Assembly (NCBI GenBank): GCA_001179505.1
Contig: CDMY01000438.1
Coordinates: 1 to 64,000 of the forward strand
Direction: 5' to 3'
From: Vitrella brassicaformis CCMP3155
Taxonomy: Eukaryota; Protista; Chromerida
Length of the DNA stretch: 64,000 nucleotides
Shown here piece by piece: positions 9,601-20,465 of this stretch (position 1 is the stretch's first letter; each line of letters begins with the position of its first letter). A model generated the notes under the pieces. The model saw only the letters and a list, made by a program, of their open reading frames with translations, was not told where the DNA came from and did no database searches. The position numbers and the translations under genes were made by a program.

Positions 9601-12600
9601 CAACAAACGCCTGTGTTATGTGTGTGAGAGCCGCTTCTCATGTCAGCCATTCACCTGTGGTGTCCAGAGAGTCTGCAGAGCAGCGAGAAGGCTGAAGAGC
9701 ATCGGCAGCAGGTCACCCAGTGCGTCGTCCAGCGGGTGCTTGATGGCGATCCTCGGCTCGGTGGGCGAGGGGGTCGTGCCTTTGGCTGCCGCTGGCGGTA
9801 GAGGGGGCAGGTCGCGGAGGAAGCCGCCCTTTTTGGCGGCCTCCATGGACGAGGGCACGTTGGTCCACCGCACTGCCACAGACAAGGCGTTCAGCCGACG
9901 CTTCAGACCACCGCTGCACAGGGAGACACAGAGACGGTATATGAAGAAGAGATGGGTGGGTGTCTGTGGCTGCTTTCATCCTTACCGTTGTGTGACGAGT
10001 CTGTCTTGCTGTGTGGGGTCCGTCCTGGCCTGCGCTGTGCTGAATAGCAGCTGCACGAGGTCGGGGAGGGAGGCCGCAGCCTTTTGTAGGGCGGGGTCTG
10101 TCAGCTGCTGGATGGTGGGGGCGATGGCGGCGGTGAGCAGCTGCCGCTGAGACTCGAACGGCTGTGTGGACGTGTTGAGGGATATCAGGGTCTTGAGCAG
10201 ATGCAGACGGTCAGTGTCGCCCAGCTGACGGAGAAATGACACACACAGACAGACAGACCACACCCACACGTAAGGATGTGCGCAACGGTTATGTGTGTCT
10301 GGCTGTGTCTGTCTTGCCTTGTCGTTGGTGAGCATCGACTGGACGGTCTGTTCGATGTGGTTGAGGTAGGGCGTGAGGGCATTGGGACACCTCTCAGACA
10401 GGCCCACCAGTGTCCATGTCGCCCGTATACGCACCTGCTTGACACGCTCACGCCGAAACCTGATGCAACCCACACACACAAAAGACACACCGATCGGTGA
10501 TCGACGACTGTCATCCTTCCCTCGTCATTTCCCACTCGTCGGTGGTGGGCATGGCGGCGGTGACGGCGCTTGGCGAGTGCGTGGAGCTCCTGCCGTCCTC
10601 CGACGGGTCGATGAGGGTCAGCCGCGTCACCACGCACTGCACAACGGCCTGCGCGTGCTGCGTCGAGTAGTTGAGCTGCCACGCCAGACAGGAGACCACC
10701 TCAAGCCGCCGCACCTCCAGCAGCCACTCCACCGAGTTCGCACCAGACAGATCCGTCGTGAGCACCAGATCCAGCAGACGGTCGCCGGGCCCCGTCCACG
10801 CATACGAACGGGATGCTGCCGATGTCGACCCGTTGACCGCTGCGGCATGAGTGGTGGGCGGGGGCAGCGCCGTCTTGGCAGAGCCGATGTTGTCCTGCGT
10901 CTTGGCGTAGACGGGCATGACTTCGATCAGTGCACTGAGGCCGTCCAGAAGAACCCGTGTGGGCGAAATCCATGAGAGGCTCTCCGTGAGTCGTTTGCCG
11001 TCCATGCCGCCCGGCGCGCCGGCGCCGCTGCGGATGGTGCCGNNNNNNNNNNNNNNNNNNNNNNNNNNNNNNNNNNNNNNNNNNNNNNNNNNNNNNNNNN
11101 NNNNNNNNNNNNNNNNNNNNNNNNNNNNNNNNNNNNNNNNNNNNNNNNNNNNNNNNNNNNNNNNNNNNNNNNNNNNNNNNNNNNNNNNNNNNNNNNNNNN
11201 NNNNNNNNNNNNNNNNNNNNNNNNNNNNNNNNNNNNNNNNNNNNNNNNNNNNNNNNNNNNNNNNNNNNNNNNNNNNNNNNNNNNNNNNNNNNNNNNNNNN
11301 NNNNNNNNNNNNNNNNNNNNNNNNNNNNNNNNNNNNNNNNNNGAAGCATTACTTACCGCAGATCTCTTGTGAGAGTGCCGCGGTGGACCTGAGCGCGTGG
11401 CCACATGCGTTCTTGATCTTGCCGTACTTGTCGACAAACACCGCCCCGATGCTCACATTGGAGGTGGCCCCCTCGTCCGTCTCGGTGTCCATCTCCTCGC
11501 TCTCCACCTGCTGTGCCACCCTCTCGGTCCAGCTGATGCCGTGCGCATCTACACGCAGCGGCACGTCACTGCCCGCACCCGTAGCCGTGGATGTCAGGTC
11601 GGTGGCGACGGCATCGATGGCCCTGAGGCCTTCGCTGCCCAGGAGCTCCTTCATCGGCGCGAGCAGGGAGGGGTCGCCCAGACGGAATATCCGCACCAGC
11701 AGCAGACCTGAGAAAAGAAGAACGGCATGAGCGTGTGTCTGTGTGGGTGTGGGTGTGTCAGTGGGCCTGTTGCTTACTGCTGAATTCTTCGGCGAGGAAC
11801 CAGTCGGGAAGCTGTGCCCTCGGCCCTAGTTGTTTGATGAACATGGCCGCGCCGTGGAGCACCGCAGCCACCAGGTCCATCGACGGGTGGCGCATCAGAC
11901 GGACCACACCATGCCGCCACAGCACGGCAATCGTGTGGGCGGGGAGCCTCTGCAGCAGAACGTCGCCTGACGTCTCCAGGAACTCACTCACGATGTACGC
12001 CACCTGCATCGCCACCTCGTGCATCTGACAGACACGTCACACCCAACCACACGACAACACAACACATAATGATCGACCACCACTGAGTGTGCCTGTCTCT
12101 CCATGAGTGTACCGTACCTCAGCTGTGTATGGTGCGGGTGGCGGTGGCGGCAGCGCAGCGTGTGCGAGCCCGGCGATCTTGATGGTGAGTCGGTTGAGGT
12201 GCTCGAGGCCCATGTCGTTGGCAGGCCGGTTTTTGTTCTTCCGCCGGCCGACCTCGCTTGCCAATGTCGAGAACGTCTGCAGCGCTGTCTGGGAGACGCA
12301 AACAAACGCAGCAGATCAGAGAGGATGTGGCGTCATGGTGCATGGGGGCACACACGTACCTTCCTGCACGCGTCTGACTTGCCGAGGTTGGACGAGAGGA
12401 ACTCATCCACCTGCAGCTCGACCAGCCGACTCACCGACACCACCTGGGACAGATCCCTGACGCATCCACATCACACATAACACACCATTACACGCGTGGG
12501 GGCGTGCCCTTCTCAGCCTTGTCTCACTTACCTGAAGACCTCCAGTGCCGCCCTTAGCAGTGCCTCGCCGCCCTCTTGCCCCAGTGAGGTCAGGTACCCC

Positions 12601-13259
12601 CCGATGGTGTTGAATATGTCGTTGCATGCCTGCTGCAGTCCGCTGACGATCTCCAGCCGCCGCCGCTGGGGCAGACCACGGGTCGACTCATCACTGCACT
12701 CCTGAGCCAACTCGCGAATCACACCCATCACGATACTCGCGTGGGCGGCACTCGTGCGACCTGCACACAGGCAGACAAAGATGAAGACAGACAAACAGGC
12801 AGGTTGTTTGTTTGTCTGTTCGTGGCGCTGACCGGCATTGAGAAGGCTCGGCATCAGCTCCTGCCAGCACTGGGGCCACTCCCGCCGCGCCACCTCGGCT
12901 AAGGCCACTGCACACTTTTGCCGCACAATGGGCGATCGAAGACGGTCGGCCGGCAGCTGAGTGGGGTAGGACAGCAGCACCGCCTTGACCGATGCCCTCT
13001 GCTCCGGCGTCCACCTCTGCCATTGCCTGCTGATGGCCTCGCGGAACAGCGTGTGGCCAAAGAACTGCACCCGCTCGAGCAGGGCGGCATCGAGCTGGCT
13101 GCCGTCGTGTGTGACGAGTCTGTGGGCGATCTCACAGGCGCTAGGGTGGTCATAGAGTGAGGTGCAGTGCTGCTCGGCAACGACGCGGTCAGCATGCGAG
13201 ACGTTGGGCTGGCCGGAGACCCTCAACGCTTCGATAACCGACCGCACGCTGGCATCCAT
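6693..13259 (-). CDS. XPO5: Exportin-5 (importin-beta/karyopherin family), multi-exon; interrupted by two N gaps and an artefactual 714-bp duplication
   Basis: N-terminal IBN/Xpo1-type motifs (VARREWPQCW, LPQRRRLEIVSGLQQ), with helical HEAT-like exons through 7184-8422. Last exon ends ...GRHTYA with TAA at 6693-6695. Confidence 0.8.
8161..9888. repeat. About 714 bp duplicated on either side of the N gap at 8875-9174 (8161-8874 = 9175-9888); likely unmerged contig overlap
   Basis: The copies are identical apart from a couple of mismatches next to the gap. Confidence 0.85.
11043..11342. other. Assembly gap (300 N) inside XPO5, spanning an intron/exon boundary
   Basis: Donor GTAAGT lies before the gap on the minus strand, and coding sequence resumes after it. 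Confidence 0.85.
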
Positions 13260-13424
13260 GGCCGCTGGATCTCCAGATCAGAGCAGTAAAGGATGAGAGC
13301 GCCGCAGAGCCGTCCGTCGAGGCAGATCACGCCTTCAGCTCATGCATGTAAGTCTGCAGATGGTCGCCATGACTCCAAACCCTTAAGGCCACACCAACCA
13401 TGCGCCAAAAGGCCGTGATTGCCA

Positions 13425-13447
13425 AGCTCGCAGATGCCAAGCTCGCA
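13425..13447. promoter_or_regulatory. Tandem AGCTCGCA motifs about 170-190 bp upstream of the XPO5 ATG
   Basis: Exact copies at 13425-13432 and 13440-13447. Confidence 0.6.
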
Positions 13448-13968
13448 CGATGTGGCCGGAGGGCTTGAATCAATCGACGAGAGGCATAGATGTTCTTCAA
13501 CAACCTGCCGTGTCCATGCACCGCACCATGTAGGTCGACACACGCACGAGGGAGTGATAGAAGAAGTCCCTTCACTTGTCCCTTCACACACGAGAAACAA
13601 CACACATGTACACCCACTCACACTGGCATGGTATAGTTTCCGGCCACCCGCTAGCTATAGCTAGCCAGGCGGCAGGTGAGGCATCTCTGGTGGCATCTCC
13701 CCGTCTGCCTGCCTGCATGCCTGCCTGCCTCTTACCCGCCCGCCCGCCTTTCTCGACACCAACGCGCATGTGTCATGACACCGCCCCCATCGTGCCGGCC
13801 ACCCAGGAAGCAGTCGAGTGTGAGTCAGGCACCGACAGCTATCCATCCATCCATCCATCCATCCACACCAAAGCCCCCCCACCTGCCTGCGCCCCTCATT
13901 CATCTATGTCGTCCACTACTGCTCCATCTCATCGTCACCGCTCCTCTCCAAATCCCTCTGCGAGTCAG

Positions 13969-16137
13969 CTACTGGAGTGTGGCCCCCAGCTGCTGCCATG
14001 TGAACTGGCAGTCGGCATCGCCCAGGTGGGTGTTGAAGCCCTTGACCACCCCTTCCACGCCGTGGCGGGCCGCCTCGTCCATCCTGGCCCGATGAACCAC
14101 CTCGCGCAGGCCCACACGACCACGAGTGTGCACCGCCTCGCGCGGACGGCTGTCGACACCCTCGAGCACGAAACACTGCAGCTGCGGCACACGCACCACC
14201 TGTCCGCCCACGCTGGCCGTCCCGCCCACCACCTCCCTGTTGCTACTGGTCTGGTACACTGCCGACTTGACGAAGTGCTCCGCTGCCGCGCATACACGCC
14301 GGGCCATAACGGTGTGCCGCACACACTCGCCGATGGCTTCTGTGGTGGCCGATGCCGCTGCGTCCGCATCGAAGAGGTACGACGCGATGCGCCAGCCGAA
14401 GATGGGGGCCTCCTGCGGGCCGACGGCCAGCCGGGGGGTCAGGAGGGCCGCGAGTGACCGGTGAGGCGCGAGGGCGGCGTTGACGGCCGACATCACTGCA
14501 GGGCCCACCTCGTCTAGCACCGTGGCGTACTCCATCAGCACAAACTGTCGCTCTCCGTCTATGGGGAGGCTGTTGATGTCGGCGCCCGCCCTCAGCAGCG
14601 AATGGATGGTCAGCTTGTGCCTGTCACATCGGGCGCGACACCCCTCCTTGGTGTCCTCGGGCGTCTCCGGGTCCTGAAGCTCTCGAGTGTACCAATCGAG
14701 CTCCTCGGCAGCTGTGGCGAGGGGCGTGTCGTCGCGGTAGTTCCGCCTATTGATCTGGTCAGCGGGCAGCTTGCGGCAAAGGTAGCAGGCCACTTGGGTA
14801 GAGCCCCAACATGCCGCGTCGTGCAGTGGTGTCCCTTGCGATGCATCGGACGCTGCCGTCATGTCGGCCCCGTTCGCTGTGATGAGGTCGAGGTAGGCGT
14901 CGATGAAGGACTGGGGATAGTCCCACCGTGCGGTGGCTGCCGTGTGCACCAGGTTGTAGCCACCGCTTGTTTCTTCGGTGGCGAGGGTGGGGTCGCGTCG
15001 GACGAGTCGCTCATACATCGACAGCAGCAGCTGCAGATACTCCGGGGGAGGCTGACGCAGGGGAAGAAGGGGCAGCTCCATCACCATGCAATACAATTGG
15101 CCCGCTGCGCGCAGGTCGATGTCGTGACGAGCCGTCAGTATGTCGAGGGCCGTCTGATTGCCAGATGCAATCGCCAAGTGGAGGGGCGTCTGATCGGTCT
15201 GATGGGCTGCCGCATTGGGGTCGGCGCCTCCGTCGAGGAGTGCGGTCAGGACGGCCGCCTGCAGCTCGTCAGACGACCACTGTGGCAGTACGATGGGATG
15301 GCAGCCATCATCATCTCGGGCTGCGATGGTCCTGATGGTGTAGCCCGACTTGTTGTCAATGGCGATGGCGAGGAGGGGATAGACGAAGACGATGGGGTCG
15401 CTACCCTCGGCGACCAGCCTAGTCATGACATCTGGGTCGGCGCCCTGCTGCCGCATGAGGTCGGTCACTTGCCGTGCGTCGGTGAAGCGGCGGCCGATGA
15501 TCCACCGTGACAGCTGCTTGCTGGGGTCGTTGGTGCCCTTGAGGAACCGAGCCTCCAGCTTATCGAGTCCGATGTGGCCGTCAGGCACAGGAGCAGCGGG
15601 ATCCGCCAGGCCTACGAGAGGATACCCTGCCACACCCACCGCCGCACAAGGGACGGTGATTGAATGCCTTTTCTACAGGATCCTCCCTCGCGTCTGTCTG
15701 GCGTACCTTCCTCCTCATATTCGTCGTCATCCGAGTCTCTGTCATCGATATCGTCCTCTTGGTCGTCATCACCATCGTCCTCCTGCATGCCATCCTGACA
15801 CACAACAAAGAGGCAAGGGAGAACACCAACACTGGATGAATCGCATGGACCAGTGTTGGTGTTGATGAGTGCCTCACCGATTCGTAGTCATTTCCTGCCT
15901 GCGGACCCTCCTCATCGTCGGCCGTCTCGTGAGGCATTCCGCCGTCACCCAGCTGCTGCTGCTGCTGGTCGTCTAAACACCACCACATAAATCGACCAAG
16001 CAGGCCTGAGTGAGCTGCTGGTGTGTGTGTGGAACGGTCTGTGTGGGATGGCTCGTAACTCACCCCTATCGACGCCGTCGAGATCTAGTTGCTCCGCCTG
16101 CCCACTGCCGCTACGCTCTTGCTCATCTACATCGCCT
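13969..16137 (-). CDS. Ankyrin-repeat protein of a lineage-expanded family; one large 3' exon preceded by small acidic exons; start uncertain
   Basis: ORF 13969-15639 has ANK motifs (GGADPNAAA..TPLHLAIASGN, GTPLHDAACWGS, DTPLATAA) and a C-terminus GLREVVHRARMDEAARHG...DCQFTWQQLG. Acidic exons at about 15700-15800, 15880-15980 and 16060-16137. Confidence 0.85.
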
Positions 16138-16868
16138 GCACACACCACAGATGTACAGGAATGATATGATCCTGCGTGTTTGATGTGCTGCATTAGTGTG
16201 ATGCACCTGCATCGTCCTTTGCACATCCAGCGTCTGCCATGGCAGCAGAGGGAATCTAGGCATCGGGACGTCCAGACATCACTCAAACAGACACCAACAG
16301 CTGCACGAACCACACACGGGCAACAAGAGGTGGGGATCCCTTTGTGCCCCCGCTGTGGCTGTGCTCACCTTTGATGAGTCAATAGATCAATAGATGGCTG
16401 TGTAGAGTCGCTCAATCAGTCCGTGCTGCCCCGTTGGTAAAGCAGCTTTGCATTCCACAATATCGGCACACAGAGGCAGCAAACCACATGATAATGATGG
16501 CTCGTGCTAACCAATCAATTGCATCCTCACTCACCGTCGGATGAGAGCTGATCCATGGACGCTGATCTATGGACGCTGATTCAGGTGGACCGAGCCCACC
16601 TGGACAACTCCCGACTGTCCAAATCTTCCATGCGGTTGGTTGGTTGGTTATTGTGTTTAACGAGACTCGTGTCTGTAACCCCGAGGGGATCCTGTCCAGG
16701 TCACGCACTAAACTAGCAGCATGCACATGCATAGAAGCATGCACACGGCCTGTCTCCCCATCCCACCCACCCACCCACTCGACACCCATCAATGGTCAGA
16801 AAATCGCTGTCGACAACGGTTGCAGGTATATGAGAATGACAGCCAGACATAGGCAAGACACCCAGAGG

Positions 16869-17192
16869 CTAGTCAGAGAGCTCGACGTCGAGCGCCCACT
16901 GATCTAAGACATGCTGTTCGTACAGCAGCTCGTCGTCTTCCCCTGCCTGACTGTCTGGCAAGAATGGGTTGAGAGCAAGCCACTTAGTGCATGTCGCCTG
17001 TGCTGACAGAAGAAAGTCGGCCGCTGCAGAAAGCACCGGCAGTTTGTCCGATTGCAGCACACAATAAGTGAACACAATTGGATGTGACCTGCGCCACAGA
17101 CGATAACTAGAGGCATCAGGGGCAGTCACGCCATGCCGACCGACAATTGTGTGCAGAGTGTCCGGAAAGGCCCTCGGGCCCGCAGATGCCAA
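16869..17192 (-). CDS. Hypothetical ORF or exon, possibly the 5' part of the ankyrin gene
   Basis: 107-aa ORF with plausible composition; no recognisable motif. Confidence 0.25.
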   Translation of the reverse strand: MASAGPRAFPDTLHTIVGRHGVTAPDASSYRLWRRSHPIVFTYCVLQSDKLPVLSAAADFLLSAQATCTKWLALNPFLPDSQAGEDDELLYEQHVLDQWALDVELSD

Positions 17193-18113
17193 GCTCGCAC
17201 GAGCGGTCAGAGTTGCTTGGCTTGGCTTGGCGTCCGGTCAGAAGGCATAATCGACGAGAGGCATGGATGTTCTTCAACAACCTGCCTTTCACCTTCGCAG
17301 TAGGTCAGTCGCCGCATCGGCCGCCACAGATCTTCAACTTCGGAGCTCCGCCTCCCCCGCCCAAAGCCACCGAGGGACCCATTAGCCTGGTCGAGCAGAC
17401 GCACCGCAGCTACCTCAACTTGTCTGCGTGGTCCCTCAACAATGGCTATCTGGAGAGAAGCGCCGACGGACGAGAGGCTGCTGTGCTGAAGGCAAAACTG
17501 AAGTGTCGCCAACAAACCGACCAAGCCAAGTGAGCGCATCAATAAATACACGGGACACGTACACACACACGTTCATCGCTGGCCGATTGCTTGATGGATG
17601 GATGGATGGGTGGATCGTTGCAGGCATCACTGTGTGTGGTGTGGGTACCTGGCGGCGGTTGCGGACCACATAGCAAGCCAGCTGTGGGACGAGCAGGAGT
17701 ACCCACACAAGTTCACAGAGAGCAAGAACTGGCAGCGGCTGCACGACGACACAGCGAGGTTCGCCAAATACGTCAGGAAGGTACGCCACCCCCCCGCCCC
17801 ATCCGCACACGCACACAGTCACACACATGATTGCCCCCCTCTGCATGTGTGTTGCGTTGTTTGTCAGGCTGCGAAGGAGGTGTGGAGTCGCTTGTCCGAC
17901 GACAAGAAGCGCGAGGTGCGGGTGTATCGGATACTCGAGACCGACAGGGTGCTCTATGCCCTGTTGTGCAAGAAGATGACCCCGCCGCACAGGCGCAGTG
18001 AGAAGGTGCAGGAGAAGCAGAAGGAGGCCGGCACTGACACTGCAGAGAGGAAGGACAAGGGGGACGATGGCACAGAGGCCACAGGAGAGGGCGGCATGTC
18101 GGACATCGACTGA
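17186..18113 (+). CDS. Hypothetical protein, 3 exons
   Basis: In-frame GT-AG joins give ...QTDQAK|HHCVWCGYLAAVADH...FAKYVRK|AAKEVWSRLSDD...MSDID-stop. The start codon is uncertain. Confidence 0.6.
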
Positions 18114-18278
18114 CTGAGCCGCCGGGACCCAACTGGTGTGGCAGGCAGGTGACAGGTAGTGTGTGGATGTGTGGGTGGATGTGTGGGTGGATGGATGGAT
18201 GTGAGTAGCTGCACGTGTGTGTGTGTGTGTAGTATATCTATATGAGCCTGAGCCTTTTTCGTGTGTCCGGACAGTTCT

Positions 18279-20184
18279 CTACCTACCTTGCTTAGTGCCT
18301 GCCTGCCTGCCTGTGGGTTTATCTATCGGAGTGCCGCAAAGACATTTAACAGATGCAGGTCCGTGAATGCGATTCATGGATGCGATATGTTGGTGCGATT
18401 GACAGCCATGAGCACTCTTACCCCATGCCATGCGATACCATTCAGCGCATGCAGAGACACATATATACTGTTCAGCAAGGTTCTTCTCTTCACACATAGG
18501 GGGATCCCTCTCCGCTTCTCGACTGCATGAACACGTGTGTGTCTCTGGGTGGGTCGGTGAGTAAATGGCACACCTGAACTGGCGTTCGTTGAGCGCCTTC
18601 TTCATCTTGATGCTGCGCAGCATCGACTGCACACACAATGGCGAGCAGAAGACTCGTTGGGGTGCCTGTTTGCCGGCCGCTGTGCTGTGCCTGCCTCATT
18701 CGCCTACCTCGGCAATGCAAGTGTTAATGACGCCGTGCTCGTCGACGTTGATCCGCCCGGCGCCACCAGAAAACTGCATCCATCCATCCATCCAGACGCA
18801 CACATGTTTGTGTGTGGTGTGACGGCCTGCCTGAGTCACATACTATGATGGGTATCTCGGCCTTGAGTCGGTCCAGGTTGGCATTGCAGTAGCGCAGCAG
18901 CTGCCTGTCGTCGCGAACTGTCGCAGTAGTGGCATCCACAGAACCACACAGGAGGCGTGAGACATGACGTGGCGCTCTGTGTGTGTGTGTGTGTGTATAC
19001 TTGTGAAAGTGCGATCCTGTGCCTCCCGCTCCTGGCGTCTCCTCATGAAGCTGTTCTCCCTCAGAGTCTGCAGCATCCGCGGCGTCTCGCGCTCGACCAT
19101 AGCACGCTGCACGTGCACAGCCATGACATACGCAGCTCTGGTGTGTGTGTCGAAGGGCTGGCTGTCCGTGCGGACAAACCTGGACCAGCATTCTGACGTA
19201 TCTGTAGAGGGGCACCAGCTCATTCTCATTCACTCCATTCTCCTCCACAAACTCGACCACCCTCTGACACACGGACACACTCACACACATGTACAAGCAC
19301 CCGTCATCCCCAATCTCTCTCCCTCTCGCTCACTCACGCGTTTGCATTTGGTGCCGCTGGTCTCGTGCGGCTGGATGGTCAGCACAGCCGTGCGGTACTG
19401 CTGGTCGCTGCCCAGGCCCACCTCCAGCTGCACAAGGTTCGGCCCAGCCCTGGGGTCGTTGGCCGGCAGGTATTGGAGGCTGGTGATCGGCTGCAGCACC
19501 ACCCGCTCGGCTGCCTTGTCCAGCGACACAGGATGGTAGTGCCCAGATGCTGTGGGGGAGGCCACACTCTCCAGCAACGAACGAAGCGCACTCTCCCTAA
19601 TAAACAGATAGAACCAGACAGACAGAGGAGACAGGCCGCTTCTCCCTCTCTGTGTGTGTATGTGTACCAGTTGTCTCGCTCTCTTTCGTCTCTGAACTCC
19701 AGCAGGGTGAGTGCCGGTCTGCCGTGGCCACTCCCGGGAGATCCACCGCCGGCCATAGGCGAGGAAGGGTCCGGAAAGGCCGAGGGCGGGTGGCCTATGA
19801 CCAGCACCGGCAGGCCGGCCTCCTCGGCATGCAAATCCGTGTAGAGCTGCGCCTGCAGACGACTGATCTTGCTGATGACGACTGCACCACGCATACATAC
19901 AAACAGAAAAACCATGGCACACAACCAGAATGACACTGCACGTGTGTTTGCGTGTGTTACTTTTGATGGGGTCGCCTCGCTTCTCGCTCGCAATGGTGAG
20001 GACCTGCATCTTGTTGTCAACACTTACAATCGCACGCTGCAACGGGGAAACGGGGACAGCACAGCGGCAGCCACGCAGAACGAGTCGGACCACGATTCAC
20101 CCCTGCCGGCTTCCTTACCTCTTTGGTGAGGTGTCTGGTGGAGCGGAAGTAGCAGCCCGTGGGTCTGCGGAGGACCTCCAACAT
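18279..20184 (-). CDS. Hypothetical multi-exon protein with a PH-like N-terminal region and a PFU-like helical segment
   Basis: Exons include AIVSVDNKMQVLTIASEKRG, ISKISRLQAQLYTD..PALTLLEFRDERERDNW and VVEFVEENGVNENELVPLYRYVRMLVQ. Domain calls are by eye only. Confidence 0.5.
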
Positions 20185-20465
20185 GTGCACACCCGCCGTC
20201 GCTTTGAGGACCAAATGAATGAGAAGAGTTGACTCTTTCGACGAGGCCGACACGCGGTCAGCCAGGAAAATGCGGCAGAAAGGAGACGAAAGTGCACAGC
20301 AAACGAACTGTAACCGTAGAATCCTTCAATTTGTCAATTTGTTTGGAAGACTGGGGGCACGCTGGGGGCGAGACTGCGAGCTACACTGCATGCCGATCTT
20401 CTGACCACTAACGACACCTCGGGGCGCCTCAATTGCTTGATTTCATGGTGTGAGGTTTGTAAGTC

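Noticed and set aside
8161-9888. Apparent tandem exon duplication in XPO5 and the 676-aa plus-strand ORF 8120-10150
   Set aside because: The copies are essentially identical and flank a fixed-size N gap, so this is an unmerged contig overlap. The ORF is antisense and runs through Ns.
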